A DNA stretch of 64,000 bases, taken from contig CM074521.1 in the NCBI GenBank assembly GCA_037379345.1, positions 186,001 through 250,000 on the forward strand, written 5' to 3'. Below the pieces are notes generated by a model. It did not search any database and was not told the origin of the DNA. It saw only the letters and a program-made list of their open reading frames with translations. The stretch comes from Perna viridis. Its lineage: Eukaryota. Below are positions 13,046 to 25,689 of the stretch, piece after piece (position 1 is the stretch's first letter; every line of letters starts with the position of its first letter). Position numbers and translations under genes: made by a program.

Positions 13046-15691
13046 TCTTATGATGCATCCTATACTTGTCCTTATGATGCATCCTATACTTGTCCTTATG
13101 ATGCATCCTATACTTGTCCTTATGATGCACCCTATACTTGTCCTTATGATGCATCCTATACTTCAATACTTGTCCTTATGATGCATCCTACACTTGTCCT
13201 TATGATGCACCCTATACTTGTCCTTATGATGCATCCTATACTTGTCCTTATGATGCACCCTATACTTGTCCTTATGATGCATCCTATACTTGTCCTTATG
13301 ATACACCGTATACTTGTCCTTATGATGCATCCTATACTTGTCCTTATGATACACCCTATAGTTGTCCTTATGATGCATCCTATACTTGTCCTTATGATGC
13401 ATCCTATAGTTGTCCTTATGATGCATCCTATACTTGTCCTTATGATGCACCCTATACGTGTCCTTATGATGCATCCTATACTTGTTCTTATGATGCATCC
13501 TATACTTGTCCTTATGATGCATCCTATACTTGTCCTTATGATGCACCCTATACTGGCCCTTATGATGCATCCTATACTTGTTCCTATGATGCATCCTATA
13601 CTTGTCCTTATGATGCACCCTATACTTGTCCTTATGATGCATCCTATACTTGTCCTTATGATGCACCCTATACTTGTCCTTATGATGCATCCTATACTTG
13701 TTCTTATGGTGCATCCTATACTTGTCCTTATGATGCACCTTATACTTGTCCTTATGATGCACCCTATATTTGTCCTTATGATGCACCCTATACCTGTCCT
13801 TTTGATGCACCCTATACCTGTCCTTATGATGCATCCTATACCTGTCCTTATGATGCATCCTATACTTGTCCTTATGATGCACCCTATACTTGTCCTTATG
13901 ATGCATCCTATACTTGTCCTTATGATGCATCCTATACTTGTCCTTATGATGCATCCTATACTTGTCCTTATGATGCACCCTATACGTGTCCTTATGATGC
14001 ATCCTATACTTGTCCTTATGATGCACCCTATACTTGTCCTTATGATGCACCCTATACTTGTCCTTATGATGCACCCTATACCTGTCCTTATGATGCATCC
14101 TATACTTGTCCTTATGATGCATCCTATACTTCAATACTTGTCCTTATGATGCATCCTATACTTGTCCTTATTATGCATCCTATACTTGTCCTTATGATGC
14201 AACCTATACTTGTCCTTATGATGCACCCTATACTTGTCCTTATGATGCATCCTATACTTGTTCTTATGATGCATCCTATACTTGTCCTTATGATGCACCC
14301 TATACTTGTCCTTATGATGCATCCTATACTTGTCCTTATGATGCACCCTATACCTGTCCTTATGATGCATCCTATACTTCAATACTTGTCCTTATGATAC
14401 ATCCTATACCTGTCCTTATGATGCATCCTATACTTGTCCTTATGATGCATCCTATACTTGTCCTTATGATGCATCCTATACCTGTCCTTATGATGCATCC
14501 TATACTTCAATACTTGTCCTTATGATGCATCCTATACTTGTCCTGATGATGCATCCTATACTTGTCCTTATGATGCATCCTATACTTGTCCTTATGATGC
14601 ACCCTATACTTGTCCTTATGATGCATCCTATACTTGTTCTTATGATGCATCCTATACTTGTCCTTATGATGCACCCTATACTTGTCCTTATGATGCATCC
14701 TATACTTGTCCTTATGATGCACCCTATACCTGTCCTTATGATGCATCCTATACTTCAATACTTGTCCTTATGATGCATCCTATACTTCAATACTTGTCCT
14801 TATGATACATCCTATACCTGTCCTTATGATGCATCCTATACTTGTCCTTATGATGCATCCTATACCTGTCCTTATTATGCATCCTATACTTGTCCTTATG
14901 ATACATCCTATACCTGTCCTTATGATGCATCCTATACTTGTCCTTATGATGCATCCTATACCTGTCCTTATGATGCATCCTATACTTGTCCTTATGATGC
15001 ATCCTATACTTGTCCTTATGATGCATCCTATACCTGTCCTTATGATGCATCCTATACTTCAATACTTGTCCTTATGATACATCCTATACCTGTCCTTATG
15101 ATGCATCCTATACTTGTCCTTATGATGCATCCTATACCTGTCCTTATGATGCATTCTATACTTGTCCTTATGATGCATCCTATACCTGTCCTTATAATGC
15201 ATCCTTTATTTGTCCTTATGATGCATCCTATACCTGTCCTTATGATGCATCGTATACTTGTCCTTATGATGCACCCTATACCTGTCCTTATGATGCACCC
15301 TATACTTGTCCTTATGATGCACCCTATACCTGTCCTTATGATGCATCCTATACTTCAATGCTTGTCCTTATGATGCATCCTATACTTGTCCTTATGATGC
15401 ATCCTATACCTGTCCTTATGATGCATCCTATACTTCAATACTTGTCCTTATGATACATCCTATACCTGTCCTTATGATGCATCCTATACTTGTCCTTATG
15501 ATGCATCCTATACTTGTCCTTATGATGCATTCTATACTTGTCCTTATGATGCACCCTATACCTGTCCTTATGATGCATCCTTTACTTGTCCTTATGATGC
15601 ACCCTATACTTGTCGTTATGATGCATCCTTTACTTGTCCTTATGATGCACCCTATACCTGTCCTTATGATGCATCCTATATTGGTCCTCAT
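13046..15691. repeat. 24-bp minisatellite (CTTATGATGCATCCTATACTTGTC)n, roughly 105-110 units
   Basis: Continuous 24-bp period with variant units (CAC/CAT, CCT/CTT) and a recurrent 8-bp insertion (ATACTTCA). Confidence 0.99.
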
Positions 15692-16614
15692 GGCAGAAAA
15701 TCTCTACTAAATCAATATTTAACTCAACATTTACATAGCAACCGCTGTAGCAACAATGTTTTTACTTGAACCCTTTTATGCACATTTTCACACTGTCCCT
15801 ATGGGACAAGTGCCTCTACCTTGTAGGTATCTGCTTCTTATTTATAATGATACATTTAAAAGAACTTAACATGATTATTTGTTTTATTCTTGATGTTTAA
15901 GTTACATTATTTTACTAAGTTATTTATAAGACACACATTATTTCACTGCCAGTTCTCACTAAAACAAAAGGATTATTCCGAATTTCTTGAGTTATCGCCC
16001 TTCAGTTATATGAATTTGAACTTAATCTTTATAAATTTAACATTAGTGTGCAATTTACTATTTCGCATCTATACTTTTTGACTCTTTTATATATATGTAT
16101 CTTATTCATTTTAAAATATGCAAATTAATATCTATTCTACAGCAGTAATTGCTTTTGAAATGTTACTGAAATTTTAGCTTTAAAACACAATTTAAAAGTT
16201 ACATTAATGTTTATGAATTTCAAAATTTACAACTTTAACTTGTTTAGTTCTTGCCTTATGAAGTGAAATAAAATTAAGTTTATCACTTACTGGTTTTTAA
16301 GATCACGTGCATTAAATACAACATAGAGAACACAAAACAACATATTAACATAATGTATGGAAAACATATATACAAAATGGTACATATCAGCAAATTGTCC
16401 AAAATAAAAGATAATCCGTATTTCATCGGCAAATTCCTTCGGTTTTTACTTCTTTTACGCGACACATTACCTGTAAAATTCAAAGTTCAGAAATAAAATA
16501 ACTGCATTTTGTAATGCCATAGTCCAAAAATTAACACAAAAAAAAACTTTTCAATCTCTCCACCGCTTACAAATGAAACAGATACCAGGAGATCTTCCTC
16601 TCTTCTGCACAATC

Positions 16615-17429
16615 TGCTATGTCGTAAATTGTGTGGTCGGAACGGAGAGGTCGAGGGCATGGCATGGCTCCTCGAGATGTCGACTGCCTCCCCGTCCGAC
16701 ACGTTTTTATGAACTCCATCTTTTCGAGTGACATATTTTGTTGTTTGTTATTTGGGGAGAACTCGCTCGTGGTAGAGTCTTGGTGGAGCGGTGGTGTTTT
16801 CTTGCTATGACTGGTATGCATGTAGTTTGGTTTTGTGTCCCTGGCCCATTGGACACTGCATGCTTTCGAGGCTGGCCTGGTATATAAAGATATCAAGTTT
16901 GTACTCTTTATTGTCCTGAACGTACACAGTAATACCAGGGCTGGGTTGAGCTCTCTTAAAAACCCAGTATCACGTGCTGTCGGACCTGTCTTTATTTACC
17001 AATGAAATCTCTTAATTTTATTTAATTTCCAAAGATGAATATACATAACGCCTTAGTATAGGAAACGTTTGGTTATGTAATATTACGTTTACTCCAACTT
17101 ACTTTATCTTTTTATGTCTGATACTCTTTTAATTTATTTATCCTTAAACAATGGAAACTACTACCTAAAGCAATTAAATATATTTTGCTAATCTCTATAA
17201 AGTGTCAGTTGTTTACCTAAATTATTAGCAAGACAATTGAGCAGGCACCAAAGAATTCAAACCTATTTAGTCTATCGTCACTGATTACGTATTATTTAAT
17301 GTTACAAATATTACTTTCTTTCGGCTAAATTTACAAATATGTCCAGACATTATCAATTTACTTAGCTAAAATGCAATTTTATTTATTTTAATTTATGCTG
17401 AATCATATAGAATTTTATTGCATCACATA
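16615..17429. repeat. Copy B of the ~0.8-kb direct duplication; overlaps a degenerate minus-strand exon (~16915-16586)
   Basis: See copy A. The minus strand has TTCAG|GACAATAAAGAG ... CTCCTG|GTATCT, with two in-frame stops in that frame. Confidence 0.9.
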
Positions 17430-18085
17430 CGTATAAGTAAAACAAAATGCTCTGCAGGTCACAGCTTGATAAGATTGTAGATGACGAAATCTGAACGATT
17501 GTAAAATTGTAAACACAACTTTCAAAATTCATACTGCTCTTCATACAATTTTTGAATATAGTCTGGCAAGAATGGAAACTGCTAACTTACATGCAGCTTC
17601 AAAATATTAAAAGAAAATGTTTAATGCTTATCCCTTTTTACTTAACTAAAGTTCAAAATTCCCTGAAAAGCGTTTCTTCATGGTATTGTAGAGATATCTG
17701 CAATTTTAGTCAAGTTATTGTCACCGGGTAAACATAAATTTGGCTCCTTTTTGTGTCAAAATGTCATGCCAGAAGAGTAATCAGCCCTAAAACGATATAA
17801 GCCTGACTGGTGGCATGGCACATTGTGATGCAGTTTCATGTAACTGTTTAAAACTTTATCAATTATTTGTTAAGTTGTAAAAGAAAACTAAGTGTCTATG
17901 GACTACGGCAACGATACAGGCGAAAACAATTTACTATCCCCAAAAGTTTATTGTTATAAGGTATGTGATTTGATCGATCGGAGTATGTGTTAATCGGTTA
18001 GTATTTAAGAGCCTAGTCACAATGAAATGTTTCAATAAAATACTCAACGAATGGCAACATTATACGATCTCATTCGCTTACCGCC

Positions 18086-18290
18086 GCAGTGGCGGATCTA
18101 TAGGGGGTGCAGGGGGTTGGTACATGTACCCCTCTTTTCATCGGAAAGTTTGTCATTTTCTCGTGTAAAATTGACAAAAAATAGCTAGAAATGTCCTAGC
18201 ATGTCCCTTTTAATTGCAAATTTGTCATGTTTATGTGTAAACTTGCCCCAAAATCGCAAATAACGTCCCAGCACCCCCTATTTCTCAGGA
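18086..18290. repeat. GC-tipped short interspersed repeat (GGCGGATC...GGGG type), related to 49676-49903
   Basis: Starts GTGGCGGATCTATAGGGGGTGCAGGGGG; the same style of end occurs at 49676 (GGCGGATCCAGG...GAATCCGCC). Confidence 0.5.
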
Positions 18291-20339
18291 ACCTTGACCG
18301 GCATCATGAGTGTAAGTATGAGGGCTATATCTTTGTTCCTACAACTCTACATGTACTGTAGTATCCAGTAGAAATATAATTCATTAACACAAAAAATGTA
18401 ATAAAAATTATGGAGGAACTGCGAATTGTAATTTTAATCACCATTTCTACCATAGTAGTAGAATTTGTAAAACATTGAAATTAGATAGGAGACTGAGATC
18501 TCTTTAACAAGAATCCCAAGCTCAAGAGGTACTGGAGTATGAGATCTGCTTTATTGGGTTATTATTACCTTATTGTTCTAGGTTAAGTGATTAGCTGTGG
18601 AGCAAATTGATTCGTCTGTTTCTTTGAATTAATGAAGTATTTCGGGAACAAATTAACGACAGGATATTCATTGAAACATGTGTACAGTGAATCGAACTTT
18701 TTGATACATGTATTAATATATGTAAATTGTATTTTTGTATAAAATAGTACTGCTAAATCCTTGTCACTAGCACCGGAAAGGGACGGAAAAAATAATTCTT
18801 ATCACATGTTGCTGTACATTTACATGTGAGTGATATATGTACATATACAATTCTAGTATGCAATTGGATGCATTTTGAAGAAAAAGAATAGGAAAATGGT
18901 ACATCCGAAACGAGACAATGTAACTTAGACTTTAAAGTTAGTAATTTACAATTACCAAGAATAATCGAATAAATTACAATGGCCACTTGTGATTCTTTTT
19001 CCAGTGTGACACTAAAAGTATTCTAGCATTTTATTTATATGAAACACTGAAGAAAGGATTATGCTTTATAAAGTGTGTCATTATGGATGCAGGGGGATCG
19101 TATATGTTGTAAGTTAGATGAAATTTTATCATAACATTATTATATTTTCTTCTATCAAAATCTGATATATTAATGATAAAATAGACTTCATAATAATTTG
19201 AATTTCAAAGATTCAAAGCAAATACACGATTTGATGTTACTGCTTTTCTATTGAAAATATAGAACACAGTCGAATGTTTATACAAATGCACTGTTAACTA
19301 CATGTGCAGCATTTATTTATCATTTTTCAAACGGTACAACTTTATAATTGTCAATACGAATTAAGTGCACTTCAGTGCGCTCAAAACATTTATTATTGAA
19401 TGTTTGATCCTTAAAAAAATGTGCAACACTAGTTTTGTTTAAATTTATGTATTTCTTTGAACATACCATTACAGATTTCAAATAATATTTTCTGTCTATT
19501 GATCTGCCACCATCACGTCTTTGTACTACTGGAGGAAAGTCTAGATGCCTAGATTAATTAAATAGACAAACATGAGACAAGGACATAGTTTCGGTAATAT
19601 TCGACGGTATAAAATAATAGTGTCCCCATTATGAAGGCATACAATACAAAACGTTCAAGTCATACAGAAAAATGTCTTCTAATATAATCAAAGTATTCAT
19701 GTACTGAATCAATTTATATCGCTCATTTGAATTTTCACGCCTCAAATAATATCGTCAAATTGCAAAAATATGGGATAAAAGCAGGGATAAAAGAAAAATA
19801 CACGAATCGAATTCAAACGTATATGTATTGTTCTAAATAGTAAATATTGAACTCTTTGGTTTTTTTTTTAAATTCACCATTCTGATTAATCAGGACATTC
19901 AATAAACACACAACAAAATTCGCGATGTATCGTAGCGTGCAATGAACCAAATTGCGAAAAATATTTAGGTTCGATGATGGTTTACATGAAATACCTAAGT
20001 GAATTAATACAAAACATCCAACATACTGCATGATTGAACTACAAACTACTAGTTGGCCTTTCCCAGTTTATAAATTTTCAATTCGAAATTCAATTTAAAG
20101 ATCTTTAGGTCGAATTAGTCTGTCAAACAAATCAAACTTAAGCCACAGTCATTTAAATAAACCATGCTATTAGATACAATTCCCTCTCAATTAGCTACAT
20201 TTCCCAGTCGATAAGCTTAATAGCTCAAGTCCTACAAGTTAAAATATAAACAGCTGTGCGTCATGTTAAATTGCCTATTTTCTAGGTAACCAGTTCCAGA
20301 GACATTTACATTAACATAAATACCAAAGTCTTAGAATAC

Positions 20340-20680
20340 TATTTCAACTATTACACTTGCATGCACTTCTAAGGCACAGACCACAGATTTATACCATTCC
20401 TAAGAAATGTATTATCGAAATTCCTGTGACATCGTCTATACGCAAAGTTTCATTTTCATCTCCGGGCTTCCGATGTCGCGCAGTTACCATAAAAAAATAC
20501 ATGATACAGTGGGTGATAGAACAGGGTGGTTTCGGGGGTTCAGCTTCCTTTTTGCTAAAAGTTAAGCAAAACAATGATCGACAAATATTAGCCAGGAACG
20601 AGGAGTGTAGTCCTTGCCTGTCGCCTGGAACCTCTTTCTTTATGTAAGTATCTTGATCGGAACCACTGCCCCCTTTTTGT
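20340..20680 (+). mobile_element. Highly degenerate LINE RT fragment
   Basis: Broken motifs YR-IPVTSSIRKV, QGGF and ERGV*...CLSP occur in RT order. Confidence 0.45.
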
Positions 20681-20682
20681 GG

Positions 20683-21065
20683 AAGAGTAATCAAGGGAAC
20701 CAAGGTTATAGCGGTAATCAAAAGAATGTAATCCAGGGACAAAGACCAGACATGGAAAACAGACATGGAAAACAGACATACACAACAAAGAACATAAAGT
20801 AACTAAAACCACACATACAAAGTAACAAAAGTAAATGAGCAACTCGGACTCTACTTAAACCTGGGAGCATGGACCAGGTGCACCGGTAGGGTAAGCGTCC
20901 TCTGCTTTTCTAGAAACACCCGCCAAGTTGCTCATAAAAAGTCAAGTCCGGGGTAGACAAACGAGGAAAGGAAAACCATGACCCGTTGAATAAATCAGTT
21001 TTCATGGTGCTGATGGATACACCATAACGATCCACGAGTTCATGATGACGACCATAAAACTTCTG
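20683..21065 (-). mobile_element. 3' end of the Penelope-like element (same family as 31390-32808)
   Basis: Reverse complement aligns with ~32440-32808. Confidence 0.9.
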
Positions 21066-21699
21066 TAGTGGAAACTAGTATATGGGTCCGCCAGGCCCTG
21101 CATGAAATTTCTGAAAGACAACCCTTCCAATTGCCAATGCATTTCTTTTCTCATTTTTTTAGCGATGACTACAAGTATTCAAAATCTCGGAGGGTTTTTA
21201 TTTCTAGCTAAACATCGAATGGTTTATTATACTTTTAAGAGTATTGTATATGTGCTAACATATTGAATACAGAATAATGAACGATTGGTTTATTATGGTA
21301 AATGTATAAAATTAAACAGGTACAAATGTACTGGAAATGTTAGAGGTAAATTATTTTGTTTTAATTGGATCGTTGTTAATATCAACTAAATTAATCATCA
21401 TATTTAGTTTGTTGTAAAAGTTGTTTATTGGCGTAAATAGTATAGAACTGAAGATGACTAATTCGAAATACCTATAAAGTGGACCAAAACTATTGCAACT
21501 ATCTGCATTTGAAACTTAATGGGGTATGATGGTATGCTGGGACTGTTTTCCTGTGGTATAAGATAATTTCAGATGCTAACAGGCACTTAAACCCAAAAGC
21601 TCTGGCAACTGCTATATCAGTCCTGATCTTCTATCTAAATTGATAAAAAGTGATACTCCTGGTTGTTTCCGAATCTTCATCGTTCATGTCGAGGAAAGT

Positions 21700-23300
21700 G
21701 TAAAAACCTACTTACAAATAATTTGAACTCTAATGTTGATTCTTTGAAGATTTTCTGTAAACCTCTTGAGCTGTAGGAATAACAATGTAGGAATATCAAT
21801 TAGTCACTAGGTTCGTTGATGCGGTGTTCTCTTTTGGCAGTTATAACAATTTCTATATAATTTGTAGAGTATTTTCATTAATAAAAAATAAATATTAAAG
21901 AGTCATTTGATTTATAATGGTGAATACTGTCCTGAGCACATAACGTTTTGCACGAAGTCGCCAGTGCAATTTCATATTCTGCGATGGATGATATTGAAAT
22001 AATTGAAACAATTAAAATGAACGAGCATTTTTTTATAACTACACGATAACCATATATGTGTTTGAAAAAAAAGAACTATTTGTGGTAAAATGTAAACCAT
22101 CGTGACGATGTCTAATTACTTATATAAGTATAATTTTTTTAAAATTTATATTATGTCGATTAAATTTAATTAGTAGATTATCATCTCCTCACGTCCATAA
22201 AAATGGACAAAAATTTAAAAAAAGGCGGGAATTTCGAAATAAGGAATCTGAGATATTATAGTACGTAAATCTTTTATTATTCCTTGATGACCAAAACAAT
22301 ATTCCTTCTTTTAAACTGAAATGGCTATGGATGTAGGACATATCTAGACTCAAAATAGCTGAAATTAGGCTAGCACATATCTGTCGGAAATAAAAAAGTC
22401 AGAAATAAAATCCTCCCACCGCCGATATTTTTGAAGGTTGGATGAAAACCTACAATCTAAGTTTACTTGGCCTTAATATTAATCAGGTTATTTACACTGC
22501 ATGGTCGTCTATTAATGCTTCGGTTTTCAACGTCTCATAAAGACAATCAACCACGTGAGGCTGTGGTTTTAGTGTCCCAAGATCGAGAGAGAAAATCAAA
22601 TGCTGCTGCTCTACATTAAATCTTTTCTGAAAAAAGACAGTCAATACTTTGCCTTCTATAAAATAAATACTATCAGAAATAATGAAAATAATAACAATTC
22701 TTTGATTTACCCGTTTTTTCTATTGGATTGGGCGTAATTATAATAATTAAGTAAGTAACTATAGCCCAAATTATTTAAAAAAAAAAACAACAAAAAAAAC
22801 TTTTCTACCTGGATTTAAATTTTCGGTTCATTTATAAATTTCTATGGCAAATAATTATCATCATTAGGAAGAGGATTATATAATCCATGTATCACAGATT
22901 TTATTTTAATGTTCATGGGCAAAATAGCTAGCCCTGTTACATGTAAACAAGCATTGTTAAAAGTTCTATCATGTATCCTAAGTGTTTCTTTACGAAAACA
23001 AACTGTGTTCATAATAAAGCAAATCAAGCCAATGAAAGTGCATTTTAAACTGGTCTCAACAGAAAGTGGACTGAATTTTCCAATCAGTGACAACCGCCTG
23101 AGAAATATCAGGAGAAATTGATAGGGGTCCTCTTTTCTCCGACTTCAATTGAAATATCTGCATCACTGGCAACTATTGCCTGAAAATATAGATAAATCAT
23201 TGAACTTATATTTAAATGTATATGAAAATCATTATGGAATGCATTTATCAAATGTTTCATGACAGGGTAATGTTCAGGTGACTTTCCTTGGCTGAAAAAC
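21700..23300 (-). pseudogene. Ubiquitin-specific protease (peptidase C19)-like relic, interrupted by other repeats
   Basis: Minus strand: SRRKEDPYQFLLIFLRRL (~23145-23090; cf. USP QEDAxEFL), TSLKCTF (~23040), then in one frame CYNCQKRTPHQRT**LIDIPTLLFLQLKRFTENLQRINIRV (~21848-21725; cf. USP CxxC...LPxxLxxxLKRF). Cys and His boxes not found. Confidence 0.55.
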
Positions 23301-23456
23301 ACGAAACTATATGTATATCTTTTTTTAAAAATTAACGAATAGCATTTTCATTTAAAACCGTCTAATTTTTTAAATTAAAATTGAAAATATGATTGAGGGA
23401 GGTACATGTTGTTGTTGAGTTGTAGATAAAGATTTCAGTATTCCCTTACTTTCTAT

Positions 23457-24135
23457 TATCATAATCATCATCATCATTATCACCACCTTCATCGACGTCA
23501 TCGTCTCAATCATCATTATCATAGCCGCCACCGCCGCCGCCACTTTCACCTAAACAAACATTACTGTCATCATCACCATAATCACCACCGCTGCCTTTAT
23601 CGACGTCATCACCACCATCATCATTATCAATGTCGCCGCCAACTTCATTGACATCCTCATCACTGCAATCATTGTCGTCGCCTCCACCGCCTTCATCAAC
23701 ATCGTCACAACATCATCATTACTATCGTTGCAGCCGCTGTCATTGACACTAATATCATCATCATCATTATCATCATCAATTTCTCTTTTTTTCTACTTCT
23801 TCTTCTTCTTCTTCGTCTTCTTCTTCTTCTTCCTCCTCTTCTCCGCCACCGCCATTATTGTGATCACCATCATTTTCATCATCATCACCGCTGCTGCCCC
23901 AGTATTCATCGTCATTTACATCATCGCCTTTGTCACAATCATTATCCAAATCATTATCATTGTTACTTTCGCAAACATCATCGTCATCATTGCCACCATC
24001 ATTGTCATCATCATCATCATCATCATCATTTTCGCCTCTGTCAGATTCATTGTCACCATTATCATCATCATCTTCTTCTTTTTCTATATTTATATTCTTA
24101 TCATTATTTCTATCACTATCATTATCATCGTTATG
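23457..24135. repeat. Degenerate (CAT/CAC/CTT)n trinucleotide low-complexity tract
   Basis: Visible 3-bp periodicity; gives poly-I/poly-S ORFs on + and D/E/N-rich ORFs on -. Confidence 0.9.
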
Positions 24136-24301
24136 AACATTTTTTACCTCAAACTTCCTTTCACCGCAAGTTTTCTTTCGACTAATCTTTCTGTTCTGTT
24201 TTGATTTTACATTTCTTTTATTTCGATACTGGATCAAGAATTCTCCTGAATTATACTTCCGAGTTCTCTTCAGTGGCCTATCGAGATTAACAACATCATG
24301 A

Positions 24302-25689
24302 TTATTTGCTGGTCTTGTTTTTCTTTCCTGTCTTTTTTGTGGTGTCTTTTATATGTAGTAATAAACAAAGCTCCGTGAGAGTTTTTGAATTTATTTTTAG
24401 ACATTGGGTCCTTGATAATTTCTTTACTACAATTTTAAGTTGGTCTGCACTTAATTTTTTCTTCTTCATTCCTTTTAACTGGGAAAAGAAATTATAACGA
24501 GAAAAAAGTTATGTTTAAGACGCACATAAAAATATTAGGTACAGAAACTGCGTAACCATTTTCTACATCCATCCTTTGAACGCTTTACTTACATTTAATA
24601 GACCTAATTCAGAGTGCCAAAACGTATGGGAGGTTGCTAATACAACGGCTAGACAAACAATTATCACTAAAGCACAATTTTCAATACTTAGCAAAACGCC
24701 TATCAGGGTGCAGCATGAAGCAACCGTTGTTAATATCTACATGAAAAAGTAAATGCTTTCCAAGGCACAGCTTGATAAACCGCAGTGGTCAAACCAAGAA
24801 CAGTCGAGGAAAATATACAAGCGAACTTCTGTGCTATGACTATCCAAAAAGGATTACATGTATAGAGCAAGCACATGTATTGTACACTATTAACTAAACA
24901 TTGTTTTAGATTATTCGTACTAGTAAAAATACCTTCGATAAAAGGAACTCTCTCAAATTGCAGGTATAATCAATTCATCGATACCATTACAGTTCCTAAA
25001 ATACAATCATCCGAAAAAATCCATTAAAAATAAGAAAGTTAAGAATAAGAAGTACAATATTCCTCTTAGATATTGCTTTTCTAAGGGCTACACAATATGT
25101 ATAGTAAATAGAGGGCATCTCGGTTGATATAGCATGTACGGGGGACCCAGAGTGTCAATTATGGGAGCTATGGACGTAAACCATTATAACTATGAACACT
25201 TTGCACATAGTGTCATCCCTTAATTAGTCCTATCTTAAGGCTACACAGTAGGTATTCCTTTTCTCCTTTTAGGAAAGTGCGTAAAAATACTTGTTTGACG
25301 ATAAAACTCCGAAAAGGAAACAAAAATGGTTATGGATTTCTGTATAATTGACATAATATCATTTCTGTGGGTAAGAACTAATTAACAAGATGTAACGAAG
25401 ATTTTATTGGGCACTAAATTACAAAAATTACATAGAAAAATCCCGAAATCGGAGTAGAATCGTGCTTTTAAAAGAAATGACCAGTTGTTAATTCATATTT
25501 TAAATCGTCGACTCGACATAATACATTACATTGTACATGTATTTAATATTATGATGAAATGATAACTTACCTTGGAATTAATTTGCATGTGATGACACCG
25601 TCCACAAAACATGCATCGGCACTAAGGATTGTCAGTAGCTTTATAAAGGTTCTAGGACTGCGATACCCCGTTGAGGTGTGCTTTGACAT
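24302..25689 (-). pseudogene. Putative small 3-exon gene or pseudogene for a secreted Cys-containing protein
   Basis: Exon 25689-25571 (AAAATG; MSKH...TFIKLLTILSADACFVDGVITCKLIP; GTAAGT donor), exon 24995-24933 (AG/GT bounded), exon 24478-24302 (strong polypyrimidine-CAG acceptor). One extra base in exon 2 is needed for read-through. Confidence 0.35.

Noticed and set aside
13046-15691. CRISPR array
   Set aside because: Head-to-tail repeats without unique spacers, eukaryotic context, no cas genes.
13163-15710. Long ORFs (MHHKDKYR)n and (MMHPILVL)n as real proteins
   Set aside because: They follow automatically from a 24-bp unit lacking stops. They are open on both strands, repeatedly broken by an 8-bp insertion, and have no clear splice or start context.
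11691-17429. LTR pair of a non-autonomous LTR element (TG...CA ends can be drawn)
   Set aside because: No PBS or PPT in the expected positions, only a partial TSD match, and the repeat consists of an exon/intron piece of the surrounding pseudogene.
20588-20842. Recurring hydrophobic ORFs ([16 protein letters not shown]...; also at 30334, 32570, 44085, 47952) as a small membrane-protein family
   Set aside because: All are translations of the T-rich PLE 3' UTR; starts and stops differ between copies.
23728-24204. Poly-Ile/Phe membrane protein ORF on the plus strand
   Set aside because: Translation of a degenerate trinucleotide tract.
24933-25689. Insulin-like peptide assignment for the small Cys-containing gene
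   Set aside because: No CCxxxCx8C A-chain motif; the Cys spacing does not fit.
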